NCBI GenBank assembly: GCA_951406725.2
Contig: OX597817.1
Coordinates: forward strand, 34,844,001 to 34,908,000
Reading direction: 5' to 3'
DNA length: 64,000 bases
Source: Octopus vulgaris
Taxonomy: Eukaryota
The notes under the pieces are model-generated. The model had not been told where the DNA came from. It saw only the letters and a list, made by a program, of their open reading frames with translations, and ran no database searches. The position numbers and the translations under genes were made by a program. Below, piece after piece: positions 39,190 through 53,172 of the stretch. Positions within the stretch are counted from its first letter, which is position 1. Each line of letters starts with the position of its first letter.

Positions 39190-39790
39190 AGGCGGCGAGC
39201 TGGCAGAAACGTTAGCACGCCGGGCGAAATGCGTAGCCGTATTTCGTCTGCCGCTACGTTCTGAGTTCAAATTCCGCCGAGGTCGACTTTGCTTTTCATC
39301 CTTTCGGGGTCGATTAAATAAGTACCAGTAACGCACTGAGGTCGATATAATCGACTTAATCCGTTTGTCTGTCCTTGTTTGTCCCCTCTGTGTTTAGCCC
39401 CTTGTGGGTAGTAAAGAAATAGGTATTTCGTCTGCCGCTACGTTCTGACTTCAAATTCCGCCGAGGTTGACTTTGCTTTTCATCCTTTCGGGGTCGATTA
39501 AATAAGTACCAGTAACGCACTGAGGTCGATATAATCGACTTAATCCGTTTGTCTGCCCTTGTTTGTCCCCTCTGTGTTTAGCCCCTTGTGGGTAGTAAAG
39601 AAATAGGTATTTTATCTGCCGCTACGTTCTGAGTTCAAATTCCGCCGAGGTCGACTTTGCCTTTCAACCTTTCGGGGTCGATTAAATAAGTACCAGTTAC
39701 GCACTGAGGTCGATATAATCGACTTAATCCGTTTGTCTGTCCTTGTTTGTCCTTTCTGTGTTTAGCCCCTTGTGGGTAGTAAAGAAATAG
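39190..39790 (+). repeat. SINE family D trimer (184-bp period) nested in an older minus-strand family D copy (~39110-39925)
   Basis: Units at 39239, 39423 and 39607; imperfect TSD GTACTTATTTTATCGA (39174-39189) / GTTCTTATTTTAACGA (39791-39806). Confidence 0.92.
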
Positions 39791-40149
39791 GTTCTTATTT
39801 TAACGACTCCGAAAGAATGAAAGACAAAGTAGTCGACCGCAGTAGAACTTGAATTCAGAACATAAAGAAAGATAAAATGCTTAGCAGCATTTTAATGGTG
39901 TGTTAACGATTCTGTCAGTTCGCCTCCCCGCCCCCACCTCTCCTATAAAGTCCTATTAGAGACCAAAAATTTGATATGGAACTAAGTGCATTGACATTTA
40001 TATTTACTGGAGCTAGCTGCTCCACAGTACTTCGTTCAGTATCTCATATTGCTCGTTTAAGGTTCAAATTTCAATATTTCAGACCATGTCGCCATTGAAA
40101 CAAGTACCAGTACTATACTCTAGTTTGAATACATATATCATTTTTCTTC

Positions 40150-40360
40150 GTGTCTGTATGTGGTTTGCAACATTCTTGATGTGACTTCGTGTGTTGAAAC
40201 TAATGTTGTTGTGAGTTGGGAAGATCATTACGCCAATGATAAACACACGCACTGTGTGCGGTTTGTTTGTCAATGTCCTTTTGTCGCTATTTGCGACCTC
40301 CGCAATGACATGCCCCCTCTCTTCAAGGTCTACCTTGAAGAGATTGTTTAGCCAACACAT
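40150..40360 (-). mobile_element. Decayed RTE LINE 3' end
   Basis: AKQSLQGRP*REGACHCGGRK*RQKDI resembles the RTE C-terminal KTILQG..EG.R.RGRQRK.W.D.I. Confidence 0.4.
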
Positions 40361-40494
40361 TAAACAAACGACAGATTAGTTAGTTGATTAGATATTTAGC
40401 CGATAAAGAAATGATATTGAACCGGTGCGTGTGTTATTATTATTGTTGTTGTTATCGACATCATCATCATTATTATTATTATTATTATTATTAT

Positions 40495-40878
40495 TTTCTA
40501 CTCTAGGCACAAGGGCTAAAATTTTTGGGGAGGGGGCCAGTCAATTAGATCGACCCCAGAATGCGTTTGGTACTTAATTTATCGACCCTGAAAAGATGAA
40601 AGGCAAAGTCGACCTCGGTAGAATTTGAAATCAGAACGTAAAGACAGACGAAATACCTATTTCTTTACTGCCCACAAGGGGCTACACACAGAAGGGACAA
40701 ACAAGGATAGACAAACGGATTAAGTCGATTATATCGACCCCAGTGCGTAACTGGTACTTATTTAATCGACCCCGAAAGGATGAAAGGCAAAGTCGACCTC
40801 GGCGGAATTTGAACTCAGAACGTAACAGCAGACGAAATTTTGCCCGGCGTGCTAACGATTCTACCAGCTCACCGCCTT
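40495..40878 (-). mobile_element. SINE family D dimer with two different tails
   Basis: Junction gacgaaatac|ctatttc near 40656. Confidence 0.88.
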
Positions 40879-40880
40879 AC

Positions 40881-40920
<40 letters not shown>

Positions 40921-41390
40921 GGTTGAGATAGCAGTACGTGCCATCAAAGTGACACTGGGGTACAATTATACGAAACCCATCACGACTACCCGTATGATAA
41001 GGGTACACCGAGCACAGGTATCACAACCATATGTAGTAGCCTATCCCGCTCAAAAATGCCCTGAATAAGGTTTGTTTAAGGATGATGAACGAAACACCCA
41101 TGTTTCCAGAGGTGAATTATTCAAACCCCAAAGAATTCCTCTCAACACATGGGTATGATGCTCCCCTACAACTTCTACTTGTGATCAGAGATGCACATAT
41201 CGTCAGCCACCAACGAACATTCTCAACTGGTTAAGGTCAAACAACTGACAAGCAAATATGCGGTATTGAGCAGAATATTTGCTGTAGCCCACCTTTCATA
41301 TCAAGACATAACAATGTACATGATAACCCTTCCAGTCAGTTAAGATCAGAAACCATGAGAGCCACTGCCTGGTACTGCATCAAGGTATTT
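40921..41390. mobile_element. Non-coding element embedded in (TAT)n
   Basis: About 470 bp of complex sequence between ATT repeats, with no long ORF and short inverted GCAGTAC/GTACTGC near its ends. Confidence 0.5.
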
Positions 41391-41558
41391 ATTATTAGCA
41401 GAATCGTTAGCGCGCTGGACGAAATGCTTAGCACTATTTAGTCTGCCGTTATCTTCTGAGTTCAAATTCCGCTGAGGTCGACTTTGCCTTTCATCTTTTC
41501 GGGGTCACTAAATTAAGTACCAGTTCAACACTGAGGCCCTTCTGGCAACATCTGAAAC

Positions 41559-41619
<61 letters not shown>

Positions 41620-41620
<1 letters not shown>

Positions 41621-42010
41621 TTTCAAATTTGCTTCTATTTCTTGCCGAGTGTCTTCCCGACTCCTAGGGCAAAGAAACTCATAGTATACATTGTAGGCCA
41701 TTAAAGTAAACTCACTAGTTCGTTCACTTTTTTTTATAGAAATAAAGTTAAATTAAAATACATGGGTAGTAATAGTTCTCACATCGACAATGCTCTTCTC
41801 AGTACGTATGATGTACCAGTTAAGACAATCTTTTGCACTTCTTGCAGGGATGGTAAGCCAGGGATCATTCTCATATAATTTTCGGTTCCCTTCTTGATCA
41901 TTCCTAGTGCTCCTACGATCACTGGTATTGTAACCACCTTGAGATGCCACATTTTCTCAATTTCAATGAGCAGGTCTTTATATTTTCTGAGCTTGTCAAA
42001 TTCTTTCGCC
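41620..42010 (-). mobile_element. Dong-like (R4 clade) LINE 3' end inserted in (TAA)n
   Basis: KEFDKLRKYKDLLIEIEKMWHLKVVTIPVIVGALG...QKIVLTGTSYVLRRALSM; TAA repeats on both sides. Confidence 0.9.
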
Positions 42011-42064
<54 letters not shown>

Positions 42065-43739
42065 GCAGTAGTATTATTATTGTTGGAGTAATGATCATCC
42101 CAAGATGCAAGGTATGTCACTTTGCGAATTTTGTATGTGTGGGCTGGGACGCTTTTGTTTGCTTTCAGAAAAAGAGGAGAGGATACCAAAAAATCATAAG
42201 TCGGTACCATTCTTCTATGTTTGTCTGTAGGCCGTCTGAAAGTCAATGACAGCGGGTGGGCCTTTCAAAATCCAGTGCTTATGATACACCAATTATGCAC
42301 TGAGAGTAAAAGAGGATATGGAATTATACACCGTCTTGTGGAGCCGGGTCCCTATCTTATATATTCATGGTCTGAGAATCCTTTACCAGCTGTACTCTCT
42401 GACAAACTTTGACAGTATGCTAGGTAAAAAAAAATGCAGTTTATAGGAAGCGGAATAAATTGGTATTCTCTCTTATCAGTCAACAACAAAGTATTTTTTT
42501 ACAAATATCAACGGGGGTGGAAATGACGCAATTAATAGAATGCTGGGCCATATGTCTAACGGTTTCGAGTTTTTCTTTTTTTATAAATTCAGTCATTATA
42601 TAAGAGAAAGGGCAATCTTGTTTATCTCCTCTCACTTATAGAAAAAAGATCAGTTTATTGTCTTAAAACGAAATTTTTCCAACTTTTAAACACGGTTCTT
42701 TTTTTTCCTTTGCTTTTTGTAATGTCTATCAGCAAAGTAGTTGAGGAGATAGCAGGCTACAAACTCTTATAAAATGTAAACGAGTTTATTTCCAGTTTAC
42801 ACTTGTCTTCCTTGAAGTAAAAACCCTGGGAATAATTAGAGATGACAGGTGGGATTTAGATGGTGTAAAAGTTCTGAAGTTAGCATGCGGTTTAGATGTT
42901 AGATTTAAGTTTGGCGTTGGGTTTTTTTTTCTTCTTCTTTTTTTTTCTTTTAATTTTATACATTTGATGCAGAGATAGCAAAAGTTAACATAAGAACAGT
43001 GGATGACAGAAACAACAGAGCACTGTACTGATTTTTTTTTTATTGTGGTGAAGGAAGATAGTATTCATGATCTCTTTATAAGGCCTCTGAAACTCAAGAG
43101 CGTGGGGTGGAAATATCTTCAAATCGGAGACTTGGATTAATTTCATAATCATGAATTATCTTCAAGCTGGAATGATTTCAACTAAGTGGTTTCTAACAAA
43201 GACATCCAAGAATCTGGTAGTGATAGCAGAAATATCCCAATGCCACGTGATAATTTATTACATGCTATTTCGTTCCGAGTTTCGAATTCAGCTGGGGTTG
43301 ACTTAACCTGTCAGATTCGCCAAAGTCGATGAATGAATCTTTGATCGAGCTTACAGACATTGATCTTTCATTGCCTAATTGCATCCATGGTCGGCCCACG
43401 GTCGCTCTGTCTGTTGACGTCATTTGTAACGTACTTCGGGGATTTGGTCCCTCTGACCAACATGATATGAGTCTCGCAACTCGCTAGCAGATGAATCTTT
43501 CGCCGCAGTTTCATATCCACCATACAACTTTCCATGGTTTCGCTTTTAACCTTAGGCCACTTTCCTTGTTGCTCAAAGTAGGTGACATATTGCTTAAGGG
43601 GGCATTCCAGCTTAAATCAAACCCTTAAGCTGGCGCATTGACCGTGTTTTTAAAGTTTCAGATACATTGCCTTACTGTGTTCTTTCCGGCTGTCTGCGCT
43701 CTGAGTTCAAATCCCGCCAAAGTCAACTTCGCATTTTAT

Positions 43740-44406
43740 GGATCTAGTTTTTTCATTCGCAAAATATGCATTTTTTTAAAAGGAAGTAAGAAAAATCTGA
43801 AAATCGGTTATAATAATGTAGTCTTCCAGTCTCATTGCTATGAAGGTATGATGTTGTGGAGGAAAAAAAAATGGAGGGAAAAATTACAGAGGTTTAAAAA
43901 TCGGAAAAGCACTCTATTTTTAGCCAATAGCGAGACAGAAATTTTCTGCGTTTAGCGGAACGGTGTCAACTTTAAACTTGTATACTGTGAAATTTATTGT
44001 TTAGCGTCTGTGACATGACCTGTTCATTGTAGGTTTCTAAATAAACAGAAATACCTGTGGCAAGTAGCTTGCTTTCCAGCCACATGGTTCCGGGTTCAGT
44101 CCCACTGCGTGGCACCTTGGGCAAGTGTCTTCTCGGGCCGACCAAAGCTTTGTGAATAGATTTGGTAGACGGAAACTGAAAGAAGCCCGTCGTATATATG
44201 TATATACATATGTATATGTGTGTATATGTTTGTGTATCTATGTTTGTCCCCCCAACATCACTTGACAACCGATGCTGGTGTGTTTACATCCTCGTAACTT
44301 AGCGGTTCGGCAAAAGAGACCGATAAAATAAGTACTAGGCTTACAAAGTATAAGTCCAAAGCCTTGTGAATAGATTTGGTAGACGGAAACTGAAAGTAGC
44401 CCGTCG

Positions 44407-44464
<58 letters not shown>

Positions 44465-45231
44465 TGTGTGTGTGCGCGCGCGCGCGCTTGTTTGTGTTCT
44501 GTGTTTGTCCCCCACCATCGCTTGTGAACCGATATTGGTGTGTTTACGTCCAAATAACTTAGCGGTTCGGTAAAAGACACCGATAAAATAAGTAGTATGC
44601 TTACAAAGAATAAATCTTGGGGTCGATTTGTTCGACTAAAGACGGTGCTCCGACATGGCCGCAGTCCAAATGATTGAAACAAGTAAAAGAATAAAATCAA
44701 CATGTATCATCTTACTGTTTCTTTCGTCTCTTCATTGAGAGACAAAAGAAACGGTGTGTGTATTTGTAAACTACGATAAGAATAATATTGGTCAACAAAG
44801 AATTTGTCCCAAGGAAAAGAATACCTGTATCTTATATGTTTTTGCACGTAGAATTCAAAAATATGTAATTTACTAACACACAGAAAAATTAAAACAAAAC
44901 ACGCGGGTGAAAAGAATCTTGTGGTGTGAAGAATCAAGTATGAAAAATCAACATAGACCAACGTGTGTCACAGACAACAGTGAAGTGAACCACAATACAG
45001 CGTGCGGTTGTCGTAGTAACAAGCTACTAATGCCACGCTGTCTGTTGATTGGCTAAAAATTACCCAAATTTCCCAACTTTAATTCTAAATAACATCAGAT
45101 TATTTAATTTACGAGATACAGTAATTAGGTGATCGTAATCAAAATTCAGAGTTGCATCGATACACCGAAATTGAAAGCAATCTGAGCAAAATTAAAGGGG
45201 GTTCATTTTGCGAAGGAGAAAGACTAGATCC
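43740..45231. mobile_element. Non-autonomous TIR DNA transposon, probably Merlin
   Basis: TIRs GGATCTAGTTTTTTCATTCGCAAAAT / GGATCTAGTCTTTCTCCTTCGCAAAAT; exact 8-bp TSD CATTTTAT (43732-43739, 45232-45239); it interrupts a family D SINE. Confidence 0.8.
44055..44697 (+). mobile_element. SINE family C with an internal tandem duplication, nested in the TIR element
   Basis: The body restarts at ~44356; both copies share the private variants gtgaatagattt and cgataaaataag. Confidence 0.85.
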
Positions 45232-46540
45232 CATTTTATTTTTGTTATCGAGTTTGATAAATAAATCGTAGTCTTATGCTGGAGATAACTCTACTCTCTC
45301 TTTCAATGTCTCTCCCTCCCCCTATCTCCCCCCTCACTCTCTCTCCCCCTCTCTCTCTCCCCCTCTCTCCCCCCTCTCTCTCTCTCTCTCTCACGATATA
45401 AATTGTGGTCAAACCTTGTGAGAAGTGGGTTCCACTAGCTTTAAAGATGCCCAAGGCACATAGTATATGGAGACTGCATACCTACGACTCCATCAGGAGT
45501 TGAAGCCCCCAATGTAAGCCAAGGCAAATTACACTCTACTACTTTAAAAAGAAGACTAGTCATAGAATGCTTTTGATCGAAGGTTCTGCTCCATCAGAAC
45601 TAACCTGAGACTAGACAGTCACACCTCAAAGAAGAATGTCTCTACAGTTTCAAGATAGAGGCTAGCAGTCATCGCCTGTTCCCACTACTTATCCTCATCG
45701 ATTCATTAAAAATTCTGTGTGGTTAATATGTGGGCGTAAGCATATTTATATGAATGAGTTTCTGTGGATATAAACGTACTTTCCAGTGAGTGAACTTACG
45801 TAGCTGTATGCATGCGCGTGAATAGTAAGTGAATACATGGCGCGAACACCATCTATTTATCTTATTCCACTGTTTTTTCTATCAGTAGGACCTGGCTATA
45901 AACACAGTATGACAGATTCTCTGTGTCTCTGTCTGTCCATCTGATTATTTATCTAGCAAGCAACAAATTACTGCCAAACTATAAACTTGAAAAGACGTGT
46001 CAAAATATTCGCTATGATTCACCTTAAACAGACAACTGAAATACAATTCACTGGAGATGTGTAGGAGGTGGGATTTTTTAAAAAATCTGACCTTATATAT
46101 AAAGAAACTGTAAACCACACCCGAATGTTAAACAGATCTGATCTCGACGCTAAACATGTAGTATTATGTTTTTCAAATTACAAAAGTTACATTACGAAAT
46201 AACGAGAAAAACATTCGTGGTAATATGTATTCTCAAAGAAAGGACCCAGTCCATTTTCTAAGTAGGCTGATTTACAGAGATGAAAGAAAAGATGATGTAT
46301 GTAAGAGAGGACGAAGGATCTTGTGCGTATGTGCGCTCATATCTATACGTGTGTATGAAATTACAAAACGTTTTCAGATATATGCAATTAAAAATACGAA
46401 AAGACTTATGTTGAATATACGAGCTTCTTTGTTTGTTTGCGTGCATATATGTGTGTGTATGATATATATGTATATCTATAGGTGTGCTTGTGCATTTGTG
46501 TATGTGACACGTGTATTTGTGTGTGAGTGCGCCAATTTAT

Positions 46541-46754
46541 TCTTTTAATTGTTTCAGTCATTTCACTGCGGCCATACTGGAGTACCGCCTTTAGTCGAAC
46601 AAATCGACCCCAGGACTTTTTTTTGAAAGCCTACTACTTATTCTATCGGTCCCCCCCTTGCCAAACCGCTAAGTTACGATGACGTAAACACACCTGCATC
46701 GGTTGTCAACGATGGTAGGGGACAAACACAAACACAGAAACATACACACACACA

Positions 46755-46788
<34 letters not shown>

Positions 46789-46941
46789 CACGACGGGCTT
46801 CTTTCAGTTTCCGTCTACCAAACCCACTCACAAGGCTTTGGTCGGTCCGAGAAGAAGACACTTGCCCAAAGTGCCACGCAGTGGCACTGAACTCGGAACC
46901 ATGTGGTTTGTAAAGCAAGCTACTTACCACACAGCCACTCC
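46541..46941 (-). mobile_element. SINE family C
   Basis: Family match. Confidence 0.88.
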
Positions 46942-47013
46942 TTTTAAAGCATGTATGTATGTCTGCGTGCATGTTGGTGTGGGTATTTGTGTGCGTTGAT
47001 ATGTGTATGTATG

Positions 47014-47078
<65 letters not shown>

Positions 47079-47306
47079 CGTATGTGCGTGTGTGTGTGTT
47101 TGCAACTTCGTATTAATTTTCCGAGTTGTCGGAAATGGCTATAACAGTTGTGATGCAGGATCGCGTTGTTATTCTTAAGCCGGTCTATTCAGAATGCTCA
47201 TTGTCTCACACACACACACGCAAGCACACGCTCAAGCACACATACACACACTCACATACTCACTCAGACTCACATATATATATGTATGTAGGTGTATGCA
47301 CGTAAG

Positions 47307-47342
<36 letters not shown>

Positions 47343-47476
47343 TGTATGTATGTATGCAAGCATACATGTATGTATGTATGTATGTATGCAAGCATACATG
47401 TATATATGTATGCATGTATACGTGTATGTATGTATGCGTGTATGTATGTATGTATGTATGTATGTATGTATGTATG

Positions 47477-48062
47477 CCATTATTCATTTTATTTCGAGAT
47501 TTCTTGCCAATAGAGAACCGGTTCCTAACCTAGATCCAAGGCTCCTTCATTGGAATTTCAGCACCAACAACACGGTACTTTTGTTTGTAAGTATGTATAT
47601 ATGTAAGTATGTATGTATGGATGGATGGATGTGTATATGTATGTGCAGATTGTATGCTTTATATTTGTATTCTCATGCATATAGTTGCATATCTAGACAT
47701 GCTCATATATATTTAAATGATAAACTTCTGGAAAGTTTTACAGATTTTTATAGTTCCATTGATGGACTGGATCTATAGTCTTCGAATTAGCTTTCTCCTT
47801 ACTGGTTTTGAGAAGCCTAATTTCTCAAGATTGGTATTTAGGCAGTGTGTTACATATCCCAGGGCCCCAATAATTTCAGGTACAAACCTGAACTTGTAAT
47901 CTGGATAGAGTAACTGCAGATTTCTCAATAGTTCAGCATAGGTATTCTCTTTTTCACTGTTCTCTTTATGTTAGCATCCGCTGGGCAGCTAATTTCCACA
48001 ACTGTTCACAGTTTCTCTTCTCTATCCCAAATCATCATTTCAGGTCCGTTGTCCTTCCATTT
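47477..48062 (-). mobile_element. Second copy (3' end) of the (TACA)n-associated R4/Dong LINE
   Basis: Aligns with 32660-33190 and has TATG repeats on both sides. Confidence 0.9.
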
Positions 48063-48194
48063 GTTGTATGTATGTATATATGTATGTATATATGTATGTA
48101 TGTAAGTATGTGCGCGTGTCTTTACGCTTATCCAGTAACCTGTTACCTCAGGTAAGAATCTCTCACTCACTCACTCTCTCACACTCTCTCTCTT

Positions 48195-48386
<192 letters not shown>

Positions 48387-48420
48387 GCACATATATATAT
48401 ATGTATATATATATATGCAT

Positions 48421-48465
<45 letters not shown>

Positions 48466-49804
48466 GGTCCTTGGACGAAAATTGTATGCACATTTTGCTT
48501 TGACGATGGTTAAAATTCGCAAGCTAGAAAGATGTGGTTGCTATGGCAAAAAGAGTGATTTTTTTTATCGATTCAAGGGGGGGGCCAGAGCACCTCTAAG
48601 TTTGTGCGATTGGTTTTTAATGCTCAGCGGCATGCACGGCAGGCTTTTGTGCTTAATAAACATACATTTTGTCGCGACATTCTGGCTACTAGGAAACGAT
48701 TTTTCGTTGACCCTTTCCATTCCGCTGTCTTCACGTCGTCTTCGTCCACTCCGCTGTCTTCACGTTAGATTTCTTTCAATGGAAAGCAAAAACTAGAACT
48801 TTAGACTAAATAAGCTTCAAAATTTAATCTGTATCATTCACATTCTGAGTTTAAATCCCGCTGGCGTTGACTTAACTTCTCTTTCACTCAAGACCGTTAA
48901 ATCACGTACTACTTGTTTACTGGTGATGATTCAATCAATTTATCTTCTGTCCGTCTATCACTGTAGGAATACAATTATTTTGAACACTGCTGAGTATTAG
49001 AAGTTGTTTCTTAATGCTTTTATAACAGCTGTTTGTTATAAGAAAGGGCATGAATGTCAAAACAACTAATCTGGATAGACTTGGGAAACATATTCGGTTT
49101 TCAATCCTATCTAGTGAAGTCAAGAATAAACAAGATTAATTTTATAAAGAGGCAGAGGATAGGCAAGTGACTCGCTCTTAATAAAAAAACAGATGCTTAT
49201 TACATTTGCTCTAGACTGATGAATGAAAAATCAAAGTCAACAATTATGATATTCAACTGATTCTGACCAAATGCAACCATCGATATATCAATAGGGCTTA
49301 TTTCAACGAATTCAGAGATGAAACACAACGGCGAAACCGGAAATTTGAACACTGAAGTAATAAAAACATTTTCACTAACACCATATTCGTATGCTTCAAA
49401 TATATATTATTCTTCGCCTCTTTTAGAACCACACAGGAAACAATTGTGTATAAGTTACACTGTTTTATAACTGATTTTAACTGAAAAAACTGGAGTGCAA
49501 CTTATACACGAATCAAAGCTAAAACTTAAAAGAGAAAAACAATTTGTCTAAAGATTTAACACTAACGGTATTTCGCCTGTCGATACCTTCTGAGTTCAAA
49601 TTCCGCCGTGTTCAACTTTGCCTTTAATACTTTCGGGATCAATAAATTAAGTACCAGTAAAACACTGGGGTCGATGTAATCGACTAGTTCTCTCCCAACA
49701 AATCTGAGGCCTTGTGCCTCCAGTAGAAAGTAAAAGAAAGTAATAGTAAAAGTTTGCGGTTCAAGCCATTCCTTGTATTATTACAGTTTGCTATAGGTTA
49801 TCTC

Positions 49805-50098
49805 GTGGAGGCGCACTGGCCCAGTGGTTAAGGCAGCGGACTCGCGGTCGGAGGATCGCGGTTTCGATTCCCAGACCGGGCGCTGTGTATGTTTATTGAG
49901 CGAAAACACCTAAAAGCTCCACGAGTCTCTGGTGGTGACCTGTTGTACTCTTTCGCCACAGCTTTCTCTCACTCTCTCTTCCTGTTTCTTGAGTAACGCT
50001 GCGATGGACTGGCGTCCCGTCCAGCTGAGGGGGACACATACGCCACAGAAACCGGGCCCATGAGCCTGGCTAGGCTTGAAAAGGGCCACGTTTATCGT
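49805..50098 (+). mobile_element. Chimeric SINE with family A head/body and family E tail
   Basis: TSD TATAGGTTATCTC (49792-49804, 50099-50111); the tail matches the reverse complement of 16305-16405. Confidence 0.88.
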
Positions 50099-51499
50099 TA
50101 TAGGTTATCTCACCTTCTGAAACAAGTAAAATTAAGCTTCTTCTTCAAAGTCTAGTGTTTGTGCTAAGTTATGGACTAAACAATCGAACAAGTGATAATG
50201 CAGCTACCCGGTTAGTACGGAGCGTATAATTCTAGTTGTTTCTTTCTGTTTCGTTGCTAATACAATATTTATCATTGAATGAAACTCTACAAATGTCTTA
50301 CAATTTATCTTCTGCATTGCCGGCTCAGTAGTTAAATAGGAAGATAATATAAGCTACTTAACAATGTAAGATTGGAAGAAAGTAAATTTATATTCTATGT
50401 TTATGCCGTAACAAATGTATAGAAAGCGCAAGAGTAGCACGTACTGAGTACTTCACGCTCCAGTGTGTTCATGCACCATATCACCAGTAAACCGAAGACG
50501 CTCGATCCCATGAATAATTCTACATGTTAGCATATTTGCTTGTCAAATCGGAATTAAGTATCATTCACAATTCCGAATAGTAGTTGATTTATATAAGCTG
50601 GGTCGTGCACTATTTTAGGCTTAAAAAAAAAAGTTTAAAATGCGACAGAAATGAAAGTGAAAACCAGAAGATATTACAATTGAATTGAACAGAAATGAGA
50701 TAAAAAGAAAACTAAAACTATCGCAGTGAAATGGGAACTTACTAAGAAATATAGCAGCAGAAATACACTACTTCAGAGTAGGTTTTTTTTTTTGTTTTTG
50801 TTTTTTTTGTTTTGTTTTTCTGCAACAGAAACGACAGATAAAGCCATTCCATGGAAGTATAGCGACATATGCCATAACAAACATTTTTTTGATTGTTTTT
50901 TGTTTTCGGATTTGTAATACGTATAATTTTTGAGAATCGTAATCGCAGATGATTAAGAAATAAATCTGAAAAAAGAACAGAATTCAAAAGAAAATTTACG
51001 GTAAAAAGGGAGCAAATCATCCCCCTTTCTGCAGATTTTTAATCTACGACACTGGAAACATACAGATCGGAAGAAATTACGGTTTTCGGCGCACTAGATA
51101 ATTTCCAATTCTATACTATAGGAATGCCAAGGAGATATAACTTATCTCAGAAGGTACAGGTGTGTAAGAGAGGGAAACGATATCCAGGCTGGCAACCTAC
51201 TGGATCTGATTTGTGAGTGGGGTTGGGGGTTAGTGATAAATACTCATCGTAACAGAAATTTATTGCTCATGATGTTTCACTAGATGTGATTTAATACAAA
51301 TTTCTGGATTAATACGAATTTAAACACCATTTTGTTAATCGCCACTGACAATAATTACCGCATTTGATGGCATACAAGATGCAATGGGGACGTTAGATAT
51401 ATCCCAATTTCAGAAATGCATATCTAGAAATAAGATGTTTTTACTGCACTGGAATGGTCACGGCAGGAACTTAATAATGAACAATATAATGAATAGCAA

Positions 51500-52512
51500 A
51501 GGGGTTGAGCTGGCAGAAACGTTCGCACGCCGGGCGAAATGCCTAGCGGTATTTCGTCTGCCGATACGTTCTGAGTTTAAATTCCGCCGAGGTCGACTTT
51601 GCCTTTCATCCTTTCGGAGTCGATAAATTAAGTACCAGTTACGCACTGGGGTCGATGTAATCGACTTAATCCGTTTGTCTGTCCTTGTTTGTCCCCTCTG
51701 TGTTTGTACCCTTGTGGGTAAAGAAATAAGAAACGTTAGCGCACCGGACAAAATGCTTAGCGGCATTTCATCCGTCCTTACGTTGTGAATTTCACCGAGG
51801 TCAATAAAATAAGTACAGTTGAACATGTGGGTCGACGTAATCGACTTACCCGTCTCCCGAAATTGCTGCCCTTGTGCAAAAATTGGAAACCAATATAATG
51901 AATAACGAGACATACCTAATAATTCCTTCTACCACAGTAGTAGGGGGTTAGTCAATTACAGCGATCTTAGTGTTCAACTGGCGTTTATTTTATCGACACC
52001 GTAGGATGAAAGGGCAAAGTCGACCTCAGCAGAATTTGAACTCAGCGTAAAGCCGGACGAAGTGCCGCAAAGAATTTTTGTCCGGCGTTCTAACAATTCT
52101 TATTTCTTTATTGCCCACAAGGGGTTAAACATAGAGAGGACAAACTAAGATAGACAAACGGATTAAGTCGATTATATCGACCCCAGTGTGTAACTGATAC
52201 TTAATTTATCGACCCCGAAAGGATGAAAGGCAAAGTCGACCTCGGCGGAATTTGAACTCAGAACGTAGCGGCAGACGAAATACCTATTTCTTTACTGCCC
52301 ACGAGGGGCTACACACAGAGGAGACAAACAAGGACAGACACACGGATTAAGTCGATTATATCGACCCCAGTGCGTAACTGGTACTTATTTAATCGACCAC
52401 GAAAAGAAAAAAGGTAAAGTCGACTTCGGCGGAATTTGAACTCAGAACGTAACGGCAGACGAAATACTGGTAAGCATTTCGCCCGGCGTGCTAACGTTTC
52501 TGCCAGCTCGCC
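51500..52512. mobile_element. Family D cluster: plus-strand dimer (~51500-51895) facing a minus-strand trimer (~51925-52512)
   Basis: Family matches; junctions near 51729, 52099 and 52283. Confidence 0.88.
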
Positions 52513-52594
52513 AACAGTATTAGCGCCGAAATTTTTACTGTAAACGAAAGAAAGATATATTTTAGGATGTCAGTATTAACACATTTTATCACAC

Positions 52595-52968
52595 ATGGCT
52601 ACGTGGTTAAGCAGCTCGCATTGCAGCCACGTTGTTTCGGATTCAGTCCCACAATGCAACACCTTGTGCAAGTGTGTCTTACTATATACAGCCTTGTGGA
52701 TGAATTTGGTAGACCGAAACTGTGTGGAAGACCGTCGTCTAAACATGTGCGTGTGTGTTTGTGTCCGTGTTTGTACACCCCTTCCCAGCTTCACAACAGC
52801 TGTTGGCTTCTTTACGTCCCTAAAACTAGCGGTGTGACAAAAACGACCAATAGAATAAGTATCAGCTTTTAAAATGAGTACTGAGAACGATCTGTTCGAC
52901 TGAAACTCTTGAAGACGGTGCTTCAGCATGGTCGCAATCCAATGACTAAAACCAGTAAAGGATAAAAA
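52595..52968 (+). mobile_element. Diverged SINE family C
   Basis: Recognisable head, body and tail. Confidence 0.8.
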
Positions 52969-53172
52969 CTAATCAAACTGTGTCCTCCCTATTTCGTTGT
53001 TATTTCATTATTGCAATCGTCAAGAACATTTAATACACTTTACTATGTGGCATGTAAAGATCATACGCCCTGTTTGTTCTCCGCCGACTAAATCATTTTT
53101 AGCATTTAGATTTACAGAAGAGGAGAATATTACTGAAAACTTCTTGCTTTTCAAAATATATTAACATTCTAA

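Noticed and set aside
43400-43640. Possible RTE endonuclease start (KIHLLASCETH)
   Set aside because: The similarity is too short to support a call.
48460-48692. Helitron-like element ending in CTACTAG
   Set aside because: No clear subterminal hairpin, and only one copy in the window.
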